64,000 nt of DNA from Hydrolagus affinis. Taxonomy: Eukaryota. The DNA lies in assembly GCA_012026655.1 (NCBI GenBank), contig JAAILG010000225.1:1-64000 (forward strand). The letters run 5' to 3'. A model generated the notes under the pieces. That model made no database searches, was not told the DNA's origin, and saw nothing but the letters and a program-made list of their open reading frames with translations. Both the position numbers and the translations under genes were made by a program. Of the stretch, positions 26,000 through 38,521 are shown piece after piece. Numbering within the stretch: position 1 is the stretch's first letter; the number at the start of each line of letters is the position of its first letter.

Positions 26000-26670
26000 C
26001 TTGGGAGCACTGGCCTCGCAAGTGAGAGGACCCGGGTTCTATTCCTGAGTGGGGAGAAACCTTTGACAAGTTTCCTTGCTCCACACGCCTGTGTTTATCT
26101 AGCATTAAGTAGGAACCCAGTTGTTAGTTGGCGGATCGCTTTTCCGGGGATAATAATCCCTTCAGAAAAAAAATAATAATGAATTAGTCACTTCACTCTA
26201 CAACTGTTTGTGGCACACTGCTGGGCGCAATTCGCTGAGTATTTCTACAACAACAACAATAACTTGCATTGATATAGCGCTCTCCGTTCCAGATGGCATC
26301 TCAGAGCGCTTCACAATAGCGCAGCCAGGGCTTGGGGGAGGGGAAAGGTGACTGTAGGCATGGTCAAACAGAAAGGTCTTCAGGCATGACCTGAAAAAAG
26401 AGGGTGCTAGGGATTGAGGTAGGGAGTTTCAGAGTTTTGGGGCATAGTGGTTGAAAGCACGGCCGCCGATGGTGGAGTTGAGGATGGATTAGGGGGACAA
26501 GGAGGAGTCCAGACCCAGTAGAGTGGGTGCTGCTGTGAGGAGCGAAGAGGTTAGAGAGGGTGGGCACCGCAAAATATACAGTCAATTCACTTTATAGTAT
26601 ATTCTGCGAAGGTCTTCCAGATGTCTTGAAGATAAGACGCTGTATCAAATGCAAGGATTATTGTTGTATT
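26000..26670 (+). mobile_element. Long-subfamily SINE interrupted by an L2 fragment
   Basis: Head and body run to about 26246 and resume at about 26569 (gcaaaatatacagtcaattcac). Confidence 0.85.
26247..26568 (-). mobile_element. L2 LINE 3' fragment nested in a SINE
   Basis: (caa)n end; L2 ORF2 remnants such as LSNLFAPH..STGSGLLLVP. Confidence 0.85.
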
Positions 26671-28089
26671 AAAGTAGACCCAGCCTTCCCGAGGTGAGGG
26701 ACGAGAACAAACAGCCAGTGTTTATGCTTCAGCACCCTCTAGTGTGCGTGTGTGCTCGGCTGTGATACCCTCGGCAGTACAGTGACCCACCAAGGCTCAC
26801 TGCCAAGGCTCACATACAACCAGCAGCCACTTGGGTAGGGGAGCACATAAAATAGCCAGCAGCACTCGATGCAACCGTGTTCCAGCAAGAGGAGACCAGG
26901 AGCAGGGATGGCAGGTACCAGTGGGGAGAGAATCATTCAGAAAAATAGAACCCATTAAGTTTGTTTTTAAATTACAAAATAAATTGGCGTTGACATTGTG
27001 CCTATCACGACGGGAGGATTATTTTGAAAAAAAAACAGTTTATTCTGTGAAACGCTTCAAGACATCTAGAAGACGTGAAAAGCGTCATATCAAATGCGAG
27101 GATTATCATTATTATTATAAATCTTATCCACTTCCACCCATCGAAGGGGCTCACTCAGTTCCTAACTGCTTCCCGTGAATCAGAGCAGGGGCAAGGAGAT
27201 AAAGCAACAGGGGTTGGCATCTCTGAGAGATGATTAGTCTCAATACGAGCAACAGCTGAAAATTACACCACAGTGTATGTGGTGGCAAATATCGCCTGTC
27301 TCCAGTACTTAGAATCCATGTGCTGTATCTATCTGCAGAATATAAACTCTCCTGAAACAAAAAAAGGACCTGGGCGGTGGTGGGTGTGTGTGTTTGGGGG
27401 TTGTTGGTTTTGAAAGAGAAATCTACATTCACTTCAGTCCTACAATGCAGAACATTGACCCTAACATTAGTGGATTTGTCAAGCACGCACAAAAGAGACC
27501 ATCTGAGATAAATTGCTGACAAGATTTCCCCCTCCCTTATTGTGTCGTTTGGCTCCTCACCAATCTTTCCACAAGCAGCACAGTATCTTTTGGGCACCTC
27601 GCCATCACTCCCATAGCAACACCACCACAACATTTCCACTGAGGCCAGGATATCCTCGGCTTTTTCTGGTGTTTACACACGGATCCTATTGTTAGACAAG
27701 GACAATGAAATCTGTGGGCTTCAAAACGATGCACTTGACGATGTTGTTTATGACAAACAACCCATCGGTTGGTTCCACTTCCTGTTTAATTTAAAAGACT
27801 GTTTCCCTTTAGCTTTTTCTCTCTCTCTCTCTACCCCTGAACTCCCAACGTGGGCTTGTTACTAGCTGGCTTAAGAATGTAAGGTTCAAAAGAACAATCG
27901 GGTGGGACACAGCGACAGTAATTTATACCGCGGCTGCTGCTGCAGGCAGGCAGAACAGTGTGCCCTATGCTCTCAGGTGCGAGGAGGGAAGAGTTGAGGA
28001 GCTGGGCAATTTAGGCAAATAATAGTGATAATAATTCCATTAATTAATAACCAGACTCCTACTTGCTGCTTGGCAAACAGAGGTGTGTG

Positions 28090-28160
28090 GAGCGCTGCCC
28101 TGGAATCGAACCCGGGTCCTCTCATTTGCGAGGCGAGCGTTCTAACCAATGCGTTGGTTT
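28090..28160 (-). mobile_element. SINE tRNA-like head fragment
   Basis: ggaatcgaacccgggtcctctcatttgcgaggcgagcgttctaacca is the reverse of the A/B-box head. Confidence 0.75.
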
Positions 28161-28276
28161 ACCCTCGCCAAGCAATCCTGGTTGAGACCAGCAACCTCAG
28201 CGAGCTCCTGGTCTGTCATCTGCAGCTCTGTCCACTGCAACATGGGTCCTGTCTTGCACTGATCTCAACCCGGTTT

Positions 28277-28470
28277 AATAAAATAAATAATAACAATCCT
28301 TGCATTTGATATAGCACCTTATCAAGTCTTCAAGATGTCTCAATGCGCTTCACCGAGTCTATTGTGAAGTGAATTGACTGTATATTTTGTGGGCGAAACA
28401 CGGCAGCCAATTGCGCACAGCAGTGTCCCACAAAGAGTTGTGGATTGGAGTGACATTTTTTATTATTGTG
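28277..28470 (-). mobile_element. SINE 3' half
   Basis: Family body and tail in reverse orientation. Confidence 0.9.
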
Positions 28471-28834
28471 GTGAGGGAATGAAATAATTCATATTGCATA
28501 TAAAATGACGGTGGAAGCTTATGTGTGTAAGCACGTTGGGGGCTGCTATTATGAGTTTCTCTCCTGTGGTGTTGGCTGTTGCCTCCGTGCTGGAGTGGAG
28601 GCTGAAGGCTGCATAATTGGAAGTAACCTCCTCCAAACACAAAACATTTTATTCACTGCATCAGACTCTGGCGCTGTATTTTTCAAGTGATCCTACTGTG
28701 CAGCATAATACAAATTAGCATATGTTTTTGTCTTTTCATTTCGTAATGCAAAACATTTCTACCTTCCCTCCCCCTGTCAACCACCAAGCACTTCAACTGC
28801 TATATGTTTGCTGGTTCAGCATAATTTGCAGGAT

Positions 28835-28940
28835 GTGGAATAGGGACACGTGCCTAAGTTTTCACCCCACATGGGAATCGAACCCGGGTCCTCTCGTTTG
28901 CGAGGCGAGCGCTCTAATTGCCGATACGCTACAGGACTCT
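28835..28940 (-). mobile_element. SINE tRNA-like head
   Basis: gggaatcgaacccgggtcctctcgtttgcgaggcgagcgctcta...gctacaggactc. Confidence 0.8.
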
Positions 28941-29279
28941 TTTACAATTAGCGCAGGTTGGAGAAAGGGAAGTTGCAATTTGGAACACGAGTTTGGATTG
29001 CCGCTGATACTGTAGGATCTCCAGGGTAAATAGGGCAATTTCCCCAGCCTCAGTAAGAACTTTGGGTGTTGCACAGTGGAGGGTTTCAGAATGCCTGGAG
29101 GTTTGAGCCAGCTGGATTGCTATCAGCTCGCTGCCTAGACATATTTGTCTGTACAAAATCAAATTGCTACTTGGTTAATCCATTCTGAGATCATTATACC
29201 TGAATCTGTTGATTTTCCTCAGTTTTTTTTAATCCCTTGTTTTTGAGCCTCTCGCTGACGATGTTTGCTGACGTATTAA

Positions 29280-29696
29280 ACAATAATGTTTGCACTTGGC
29301 ATAGCGCTTTTTATATTCGGAGGATGTCCCAAAGCGCTGCGTGGGGTTTATTGTGAAATGGAATGGCTGATATCTGTGGGCGAATGTGCCCCGCAAACAG
29401 CTATACCGTGAGTGACCAATTTTACTTTGGAGAATTGTTGGTCAGGGCTGAGTGCAGAATCTCCCTTTTCTTATTGAATTGTACCATGGGATCTTTAAAC
29501 ACTTGCCTGAATAGGGAGACCAGACCTGTGTTTAATCTCTCATCTGAACAACGGCACCTCCAACAGTGCAGCACCACCCAGGCGCTAGATCAGAGTGTCA
29601 GTTTATTTACACTTGTTCTCCCAATCTGATCTTGAACCCACAACCTTCTGACTCAGAGGCAAGAGTTATATCAGTTGCCACTGATCCAGGCTGACG
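29280..29696 (-). mobile_element. Near full-length DeuSINE (SacSINE1-like)
   Basis: Deu domain ccatgggatcttt...tttaatctctcatctgaacaacggcacctccaacagtgcagcac; head cttgaacccacaaccttctgactcagaggcaagag; L2-like tail. Confidence 0.85.
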
Positions 29697-30614
29697 CACA
29701 AAGCTGAGTGACTGTGCAGAAGTGAAGAACAATTTCCACAAGTTCCAAATGAACTGAAAAATGTGTAAACTTATCAGATGGTGCCCTAAAGAGTTAATAA
29801 AGCTGGCTGCCACTGCTGACTGACTGCATGTGGTTAGCACTCCGCTTGATTTGTTTAATGACTACCTTGCTCTTCTTTTCTGTACAAGCTAATTTATACA
29901 GTCGATTCCACTTCAGTGAGTACTTGATAGCTGGGTAGCATTCGAAAAACAAACCCGAAAGCATTTTTCTGTCCAGATCTATTGTAGTCACTCCTGTTAA
30001 TGTGTGTGTGAGTAAAACTTTTGCAGACAGCTATGAGATAGGAATGCTGTTAAGAGCCCTCTCCCCTTCTTTCCTTTCCTTCGTGCCTATTTTTATTCTT
30101 TGAACTGTTCCAGTTCTCTCCAATGTAACGTCTCTGTCATACAGTATTACATATTTGCTGAACTCCAGTCACAGAAAGGATCATAAGACACAGGATTTGT
30201 TAGAGTAAAAACATTCCATTAGCAGAAATCCGTGCAGATAAAAGACTCTATTGCTTCTGTGTTTGTACATTAAGGTTTTTTTTCTGTGTCTTGCAGGTCA
30301 TAGTTAGAATGCACTGTTTGTGTTGGGTTGAGCGAGAGAGAGAGAAGCATTTCATCTTTGTTAGCTGGTTACATTTGTATTACTATGTAGAAAACCAACT
30401 GAGATTAGCTGGTTCTTCGTTATTTAATGATTGAAAGAGGTTTTGATTATGGATGCAAAGCATATTTTGTGGTATAATATTTTCAAAAGTATTATTGTCG
30501 ATGAAATGTTGCCCTGGTTTCTTCACCCAGCAGATACAATTGTAGAAATGTAACCACACAGGTGGTTGTTTAAAACCGAGTTATCATTAATACCTTTTAT
30601 TCTTTCTTTCTTAT

Positions 30615-30775
30615 TTGTGACTGTTTGTGGGATACTGCTGTGCGCAATTGACTGCCTCGTTTTGCCCACCAAATACAGGCAGTACACTTTACAATATATT
30701 CTGTGAAGCTCTTTCAGATGATTTAACGACGTGATGATGCCTATTATCAAATGCAAGTATTATTATCATTATTGT
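30615..30775 (+). mobile_element. SINE 3' half
   Basis: Family body and tail. Confidence 0.85.
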
Positions 30776-31450
30776 TGCATTGAATCGTAATGGGCTTTGT
30801 CCACACTCAACTAACCCGTCCCATACTACAGAATTGAAGATAGGAGATGTGATTGGTCTCAGCCATTCTTCCTACAAACTGCCTTCTGTTAACTTTGTGC
30901 AGCATGAGGAAGGAAGCTTCTTGTATTGAAATCGAAATGTGTTGCAGTCGTCTTTAATTTCTTTCCCACAGCCTCGAAGTGGATCGTTATCTCTCTTGAT
31001 CTCCCCAGCTGTCTACAGTCATCAGTTGACTTTCAAAGTTCAACAGTGGTATCATTAAGCCCTTCTTGACAGCTCTTTCTCCCATCCTTACTTTAAGCTG
31101 TGGTTACTCGGTGTTAAACCATCTTGCAGTCCCCAGCACAAACGTTAAGACTGCCTTTGCCTCTGACCCACAGATGGTTGATCCAGTTGCATTACTGTGA
31201 AGGTTAGGTCAGTGCACTTAGACGCTGAACTTGGGCAGCGTGACAACTTTTGATTTGTCGGTTTTGAGTCATTGTGGGAAGTCTTTATTTCCCATTTGGT
31301 TTGTACATGTAAATGACATAAATTACTACTGTTTATCTGCCCAGTTTGCTGAAGGTAGGAGTCAGTGGTTTGATTGTGAATGTTTTCTTTCCCTTTCCTA
31401 ATGCCTTGTGAAGCTGCCTGTACATTTGCAGATAGATCATTAAACCGAGG

Positions 31451-32007
31451 ATCATAGAATCATAGAATTATACGGCACAAAAGGAGGCCATTCAGCCCAT
31501 CTAGTCTGTGCCGGTTCTTTGAAAAGAGCAACTCAATCCCACTGCCCAGCTTTCTCCCCAGAACCTAACAGACCAGCTCTTCCTAAATAAAGATCTAGTT
31601 CCCTTTTAAAAGCTGTTATGGAATCTGCCTCCACCACCTTTTCAGGCAATGCATTCCAGATTCGAACAACCCGCTGAGTGAAAACATTTCTCCTCAGCTT
31701 CCCTCTGCTTCGTTTTGAAACTATTTTAATTCTGTGACCACGAGTCACTGATTCGCCCACTAATGGAAACAGTCTTTCCTATTCACCCTGTTGAAACCTC
31801 TCATAACCTTATAAACCTCTATTAGGTCTCCTCTCAATCTTCTTTGTTGTAGACAGAATAAGCCGAGCCTATCTAGCCTTTCCTCGTAGCTGAAGTCCCT
31901 CATTCCTGGTACCATCCTGGTAAATCTCCTCTGCACCCTTTCCAATGTCTTAATAACCTTCCTAAAGTGTGGTGACCAGAATTGTACACAGTACTCCAGC
32001 TGAGGCT
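31451..32007 (-). mobile_element. CR1 LINE 3' fragment (ORF2 C-terminus, frameshifted)
   Basis: ERVQRRFTRMVPGMRDFSYEERLDRLGLF..RRLRGDLIEVYK and TRGH..FTQRVVRIWNALP..FKRELD; (attctatg)n tail. Confidence 0.95.
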
Positions 32008-32200
32008 GCCTGCCTTTTATTTTCTCTGTCTATGATGGACATTAACAATCACGAGGCACTGTTTGAAAACAGTGGGGAGTTTTTCTAGATGTCCTGGCCA
32101 ACTAGCCGACAGATTAATTGATCATACACACCCCAGGGCTTTGCTGTCAGAATTGTCCATCAAGTTTGTTCACAAAAACCAATTTCCCCACTGAGCAATG
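32008..32200 (+). mobile_element. DeuSINE fragment; its other half lies left of the CR1 at about 31400-31450
   Basis: Left flank ttaaaccgagg and right flank ctgcc...tggacattaacaatcacgaggcactgtttgaa...gtcctggcca reconstruct the Deu domain. Confidence 0.6.
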
Positions 32201-33989
32201 ATTTACCACCACGACAACAGCAACTTGCATTTATATATCACCCCCCTCACGCAGCATGATGTGAGACAATACGGAGGGATTACCGATGTGAGACATTCCG
32301 GTGTGATGAGGCAATATAAACTCAAGAGTTTTGTTTCTTACACAAATTCCGAGTATTAAACAATTGGTTTAAAAGAGCCAACAGAGTTTGCCAAGATAAA
32401 CTGTTAGCATTTTGATAATGTCCTGCAACCGTTATGCAGTGGGTTTGCAATCCTGTTTCAACAAATCGTCTATATATTTGTGGAAATCAAGGGAGCTTGG
32501 TTGTCTTGAGTATTGTGACTCGCTGTCTGCTCTGTCCACTAATGTCTAGCTTTCTCTGCGAGCTCCATTACAAAGTGCAATGACGCTCTTCTGCATCTGA
32601 TACAGCGCATGCCCTGGAACCTTTTCCCAAGATGATGACACATTGGAGTTGTGTCAAATCTTTATCAACGTCTCATCTCGTCAGTCTTCAGTTAGCTCGG
32701 AGCTCAGTACAAAATGTGGCAGTTTATGTAAGATACAGCTCCATGATGATATCATCCCTTTTTAATATTTATTTTTGCTGGGGAAGAGGGTGAGGGTGTT
32801 GACACCTCTTCCTATTGTACTCAATGTGACATGCACCACAATTTACCCACTTGCTCAAGGCTAATCCTTGTGTGTTTTTTTTAGCCATGGAATACTTCCA
32901 TTCAATCATTAATGAACGCTATTTTGCAACAGAGCTAATTGTTCTCAATCCAAACAGTTACACCTAATGTGAGACTGTCTGGCTCTGATTATTTCTTATA
33001 AACTTTTATTATAATGTGGCCTGGCCCAAGGTGCTTTGGCCAAATCTTGCTAGTTAATTTTCACAATGTTTAGGTTTGCAGTACCTGACTCGCATGAATG
33101 CAGAAGTACTCCCACAGCGCTATTGGGAGTGCAGGTTGATATCCCACAGAAGCAAATAAAGACTGCTGGAACCTGCCCGTAATTTAACATGTTGCTGTCA
33201 TAAATAACATGTGTTTTTTTTCCCCCTGGTTTACACCTTGAAATCCAAACAACAGGCTATATTCCACCCAAGAAACTTTTCCTTCATCTCTACAAGTTGT
33301 TTTAACCACTCAATTTGATCACAATCTCGTAATCACTCCCTGGGATCCAACCTCCTGCAGGCGAGTGCATTTTTTGCATTTCGTGCAGCAATTTATAAGC
33401 CTTGCTTATTAAGTTTGCTAACTCGCGCAACTTTTGGTCTTTTGCACCGTTTGAAAATAACTGTAAATTTTTGAACGTGCAGCATGTGGAGGGTAACGTG
33501 GTATTTTCATGGTAAAATGTAAGAATTTGCTCGGCAAAAGATGACCAACATTCATCCGGTTCGCCTTCCACCACCCAGTATATGTCCCAAACTTTATACT
33601 GTGTCCTGAGATATTGTCTCCTAACAGAAATCTATTTAATGTGTTCTTGATAGAATCCACACTTTCTGCTTCCTCTGTCTCTCGAGGAAGCCTAATCCAT
33701 AGTTTATTACTCCCTCACTGTAGTAATGTTTCCACAAATTCATTCTGAATTTACCCCCCTTTCAATAGCAAGATGTGTCCTTTGCTTTTACTGCTCATTA
33801 CGGAGTTTTACGTTGTGGCTACTTTTATTTTTACTGGAATACAGCAAGGGAGACCAGATAAAGGTCTATCAAATTATTTTGGTTCTATAGGCTTTTGATA
33901 AGAGTTGATGGGGATAAATCACTTAATCAATCAGTGGTCGGTAAGTGATTGACAAGAGGGCATCAACTTGAGATCATTTCTAGAAGAGG

Positions 33990-34160
33990 AGCGTCTTGAG
34001 GCGACACTTTGAAGGAGGCCAGAGAGGGGGCGAGGTGGAGGGACTTCGGGATGGAGTTCCAGAGGTTGGGGGCAGAGTGACTGAAGGCTCTCCTGCCAAT
34101 GGTTGGGCGGGTGAGTTGTAGCAAAGGAGCAAAGGGAGAGAACGGGAGCATTGCTTTTAC
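33990..34160 (-). mobile_element. L2 LINE fragment
   Basis: Encodes TIGRRAFSHSAPNLWNSIP..SLASFK. Confidence 0.85.
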
Positions 34161-34419
34161 CATGAGAACGAGAATTATGGTCTGTGATAATCTCACTCAT
34201 GAGGTTGCTGCAAAAGGATCTCAAAAAGTTGCATCAGAAAGAATACTTCCAGGCTGCATTTAATACTTTAAAAGTACAAATTACTGTAAGGATGATTGGC
34301 TAGGAGCCATCACTGGACATGCAGTGCAGATCCCCAGACTTGCAAATTGTGTGGAAGGTTAGATGTGCCGGTTTCAACATCCATGTGCTCCACCATCGAT
34401 CATGGTGATGATGGTGATG

Positions 34420-34695
34420 ATGATAATCTTTGGATTTAATGTGGCGTCTCACCACATCATCGTAAACATCTCAAAAGTGTTTCATGCGGTTGACTCTAAA
34501 GTGTGCTGGTTGTATTTATAGCCAAACATAGCAGCCAATTAACACACAGCAATGTACCCAAAACAAGCATGAAATGCATGCCCAGTTTTATCTTTGGGAT
34601 TATCGGCCTGGACACTGGTAGAAACTCTTCTCGAATCGTGCCATCAGATCTCTAATGTCCACCTGCACAGGCAAGAGAGGAACTTGGCTTATCTG
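34420..34695 (-). mobile_element. DeuSINE-like element, diverged
   Basis: Tail plus ggcctggacactggtagaaactc...gtgccat..gatc...tgtccacctg. Confidence 0.65.
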
Positions 34696-34971
34696 GGAAG
34701 CCTAGACCTGGGACTGTTTCCAACTGATTGAATGCTGATTGCTGTGCATTTACTGAGGGAATCGACCAAAGTCCGGTTGGGATCTTGCTGATTATTGCTT
34801 GAAAAAGAGCAAAGTCTGCAGATATCCAAGTTGTTTCTAACCTGCTCATGAGCGATTTGTTTCAGGCAGGCCTCCCATCGGCTCAAAGGTCATTTGGTGG
34901 TTGGTTGTGGCTTCAATTTATTTAGCAAACCCTGCCACGGAGGGTACATCAACTGATAAATTGGCAGTGCA

Positions 34972-35165
34972 GTAATAATAATCATTAAATTTGATATATA
35001 TAGTGCATTATCACATCATCGTTGAGATATTTCAAAGCTCTTCACAGAATGTATTGTTAAGTGAATTGATTGCATTTTGCGGTCAAAAGTGCGGCAGCCA
35101 ATTGTGCACAGCAATGTCTCATGGACAGTTGTGGATTGAGAGACCAGTTTTTGGGAGGGATATTT
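34972..35165 (-). mobile_element. SINE 3' half
   Basis: Family body and tail in reverse orientation. Confidence 0.85.
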
Positions 35166-36303
35166 TTGTAAGGAGTTGGGACTGAAGTGTTTACTGGTAG
35201 TTTTGAAAGTTGTAAGGACTGTCAACAATTATTTCATCACATGAATTCTGCAAATTTGTGTTATGTACTGAAACCTTTCTTCTCCTAGCTTGTATTGAAA
35301 TCTGTCCTCTTCCACAGCTCCAGATGTTCTGATTTCATGAAGGCTGAGTCTTGTTGTTGAAACAGACAGTAAGAGCCCTGCAGCATTCACTAAAAACAAG
35401 TAAGGTCAGTTTGCAATACTCTTTTCTGTAAATCAGCGTGATTGACAGCCTAATAGCTGTGTTCCCAGTTTGAAAATTAATAGAAGTTTGCTAGAATCCA
35501 ATGTTCTAAAAATGTCCTTTGTGACGACAATTGTAACACAAAACGTCTCAGGAAACCTTGACTTTTGTGGGCACAACAGATGAATTTATGAGGAAACTCA
35601 GTAGCTGTAAGGTGTCAAATTAATGGTGAATAGGTGCAGCGTAAGTAGAATCCTGTAAGGAAGGAACGCTTCAAACCGCATTGTTTTGCAAAGAAAGCTT
35701 TTAACCTGTGTCAATATGACCCTCTTTAAAGGAAAAGCTTTTTCTGATCTCGGACTGTTTCTTCTCTCTGCACTTTGGCGTTTTCACCAAAGTGCAGTTG
35801 GGATCGGACTGGTTATTGCTCATATAAAGAAAAGCAATCTGCAGATAAACGTGTAACATGCATCTGAAAATTCTTAAACAATACCCACAATACAATCCTA
35901 TAATAATAATAATAATTCTTGTATATGATATAGTGCCTTATCACGTTGTTGAGACATCTCAATCCTTGGAAAGTAATAGCCGCATATTGTTCACAAAGAA
36001 TCATATCCAAAAGTATAATGATATGCTCAAAATATGACGACAACACATATATGTTAAATACAGTATATCAATGCATTTAAATGCAGCAGAGGGGTGGTGA
36101 TGGCTGAGCTGACAGACAGACTACATGACCAAATGCTGAATCCCCATATTAACAGTAACTAAACTAGTTTATAGTGTCTGATTGCATCGTTATTTGTTAA
36201 GAAATAAACACACAACCTGTTCAAACCTTTACCAGGGAATAGAATAAGCTCCCATTGATTCTCACAGAGGAAAGGTGGGAGGCAGTTCAAGTGAGGCATC
36301 CAA

Positions 36304-36535
36304 TACAACAACAACAACTTTGATTTATATAGCGCCCTCCATGCCGGACGGCATCCCAGAGCGCTTAAATACAATGCAAAGACAAGTTTGGAATTTACTG
36401 ATTTAATGCATCCACCCTCCCTACCTTCCACCCTTTCTGATCGCAATCTCCCTCCTTGGGTCCAAATCTCGACTGTCCAGCACCTTTGAACATCCTCCCG
36501 ACTTGAAAAGTGCTCTACATATGTAGTTCTGCATT
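36304..36535. mobile_element. Two L2 tail fragments in opposite orientations
   Basis: Minus tail at about 36304-36370; plus tail at about 36410-36535. Confidence 0.7.
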
Positions 36536-37259
36536 ACTATTGTATCTTCCTGAATCTCGTCTGGCCTCTTTTAAAGTGAATGAAAAGATCACCTGCCTTG
36601 TTGCGTTGTCTTGTTTCCAATGCTGCAAACAACATAGAAAATGTCACAGAGTCTGATTACAGGAGAAAGGAAAAGGCCAGCATGAATTTTAAAAAGGCCA
36701 ACTGACTAGTTTGCTTATTCACTTCTGTTTACCTCTTTCCTGGAGTCTCTCCACAGCAAGCGTTGCGTGTTGTTTGGATTTAGTTAGTGTATTTCAAAGA
36801 ACTGGCTAATGTCATGTTGGCCAACTGATCTATTACTTCACCAAACATTATTTTCTGTTTGACTAGTTTATCCAGAAGTAATGGCCTGATATTTGATGCC
36901 ATAAAACACTGTGTAAGAACTATTCTTTTCCTCTTATGATAGAACCCAATCGCTCCGTAATTGAATTTCTAGAGCATGTTCAAGTAAAACAATACATTGA
37001 AGTATTTAATGGGAGCAACGAGATGTAGGGAAATTTAGAGATGACTGAAAAAGCATTTGAGTATTTTTGGGCCATGTACGAAAACTGGGAGAAAAGTGGA
37101 AGGATAGAGTGATTATGGAGGAGTGTTCAGGAACACTGACGCATTGTAGCTTCCCATTGCTGTGGGACTTATGCAGGAAATTGGTTAGAGGAGCAAGGGG
37201 TGTGAGTTGATATATGAGGCTGGAGAAGACTACACTTTTTTTTGGTCAGACGGGTCTCT

Positions 37260-37470
37260 GACACACGGGCACCCATCACTGGGCTTAAGAGGATCAAAAA
37301 TCAAGCTGAGAATTCCATGCTTCCCACTTACACATGGACTTTCCAGATCTAGATTGTTGGAATGGAATGCTCACTCTTTTCCTGCTTGTCTACTTCCGGA
37401 AAGTATTAGATTAAGGTTGGCAAAGATGAGGCTTGGGTCCCCAAAGTGTGTTCATGCTGGAGTCTAACCA
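37260..37470 (-). repeat. Unclassified interspersed repeat, copy 2
   Basis: Reverse complement aligns with 44700-44935 (cccatcac..gcttaag.g.atc; tagatt.ttggaatggaat). Confidence 0.75.
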
Positions 37471-37964
37471 CATAGCTTACACAGATGGGGTGAAGAAAAG
37501 CTACAGATGGATATAGAAATGAGGGTGATGATCTCAAGGTGGACGGCTGCCATGTTGATAAGCTAAAAATAGCCATATTTTTTCTACATCTGGAACATGC
37601 GAGAACTTTCCACCTCATCACTTTTCCCTCTCAAGAGCAAACTTGCTTGGCACTTGAATGATTTTTGAAACTTCTCTTTCTCCCAGGCCCAAACCAAAGG
37701 TGCTCTCTTAAGCTGCGGTAAGCATTGTGGGATGCTGGTTGCCTTCTTATATGTTAAAGTGACCATTCCTCGTGTGTGTACCCAGGCACCGATTTTCATT
37801 GTGGGGTGGCGGGAGGGGTGGGGCTGAGGTGGGGTCTCCGCATATACTTTCTAACAGAATAATGGTTAGAAATTTCGATTTTGCTTTGTCTCTGAGTCTA
37901 TCCGTTTTTGTCCCACTTCCAAGTTCAGAGAAGCTGAGACTAATTGTAGCACTGAGAATGCAAT

Positions 37965-38170
37965 TCCCTGACTGTTCAGCGCCTTGGGACGTCTTTCCAA
38001 CGTGAAAGGACACTCTGCAAATGTAATTTTGTTTGTTGTTTGAATAGTGCCTTGGTATTTTTAACATTCACCTGAATAGGCAGACGGTACCTGGATTTAA
38101 TGTCATCTAAAGGACAGCACCTCCTAACATGCAACTCACCCCACCACTGCACTGGACTGTCAGTTTAGAT
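37965..38170. mobile_element. Plus-strand L2 tail abutting a minus-strand Deu-domain fragment
   Basis: ctgactgttcagcgccttgggacgtc..., then gaatagtgcc.tgg...cacctgaataggcagacgg...tttaatgtcatc. Confidence 0.7.
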
Positions 38171-38479
38171 TCAGTTTGGCCTCATGCAGGCTGCCATTTG
38201 TCTGGAGATCAGGAATTTCCATCCACTAAGCCAGCGGTCTCCAAACGGTCAATTCCTGCTAGGTGGCATCTCGTACATGCTCAATAAAAACGAGGCAAGA
38301 GGGATATATACTGCAGTTTTAACACAAAAGCATATATTTTATTTCCAGTTGCATGAAATACTACAGTTCTATCGCTCCTTCCTCTTGTCTGTTTGACTGC
38401 CTGCAACAATGCCACCTAGCCGTGATGGACGAGTTGGAGACCCCTTTTCTAAGCGTTATTTGACTTTTATTTTATTTAA

Positions 38480-38489
38480 AATATATATA

Positions 38490-38521
<32 letters not shown>
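38480..38521. repeat. (AT)n microsatellite
   Basis: Seen directly in the sequence. Confidence 0.95.

Noticed and set aside
27151-27639. 162-aa minus-strand ORF
   Set aside because: Random-looking composition with no domain and no splice support
31533-31945. ORFs of 61 and 75 aa with protein-like sequence
   Set aside because: CR1 ORF2 C-terminal remnants
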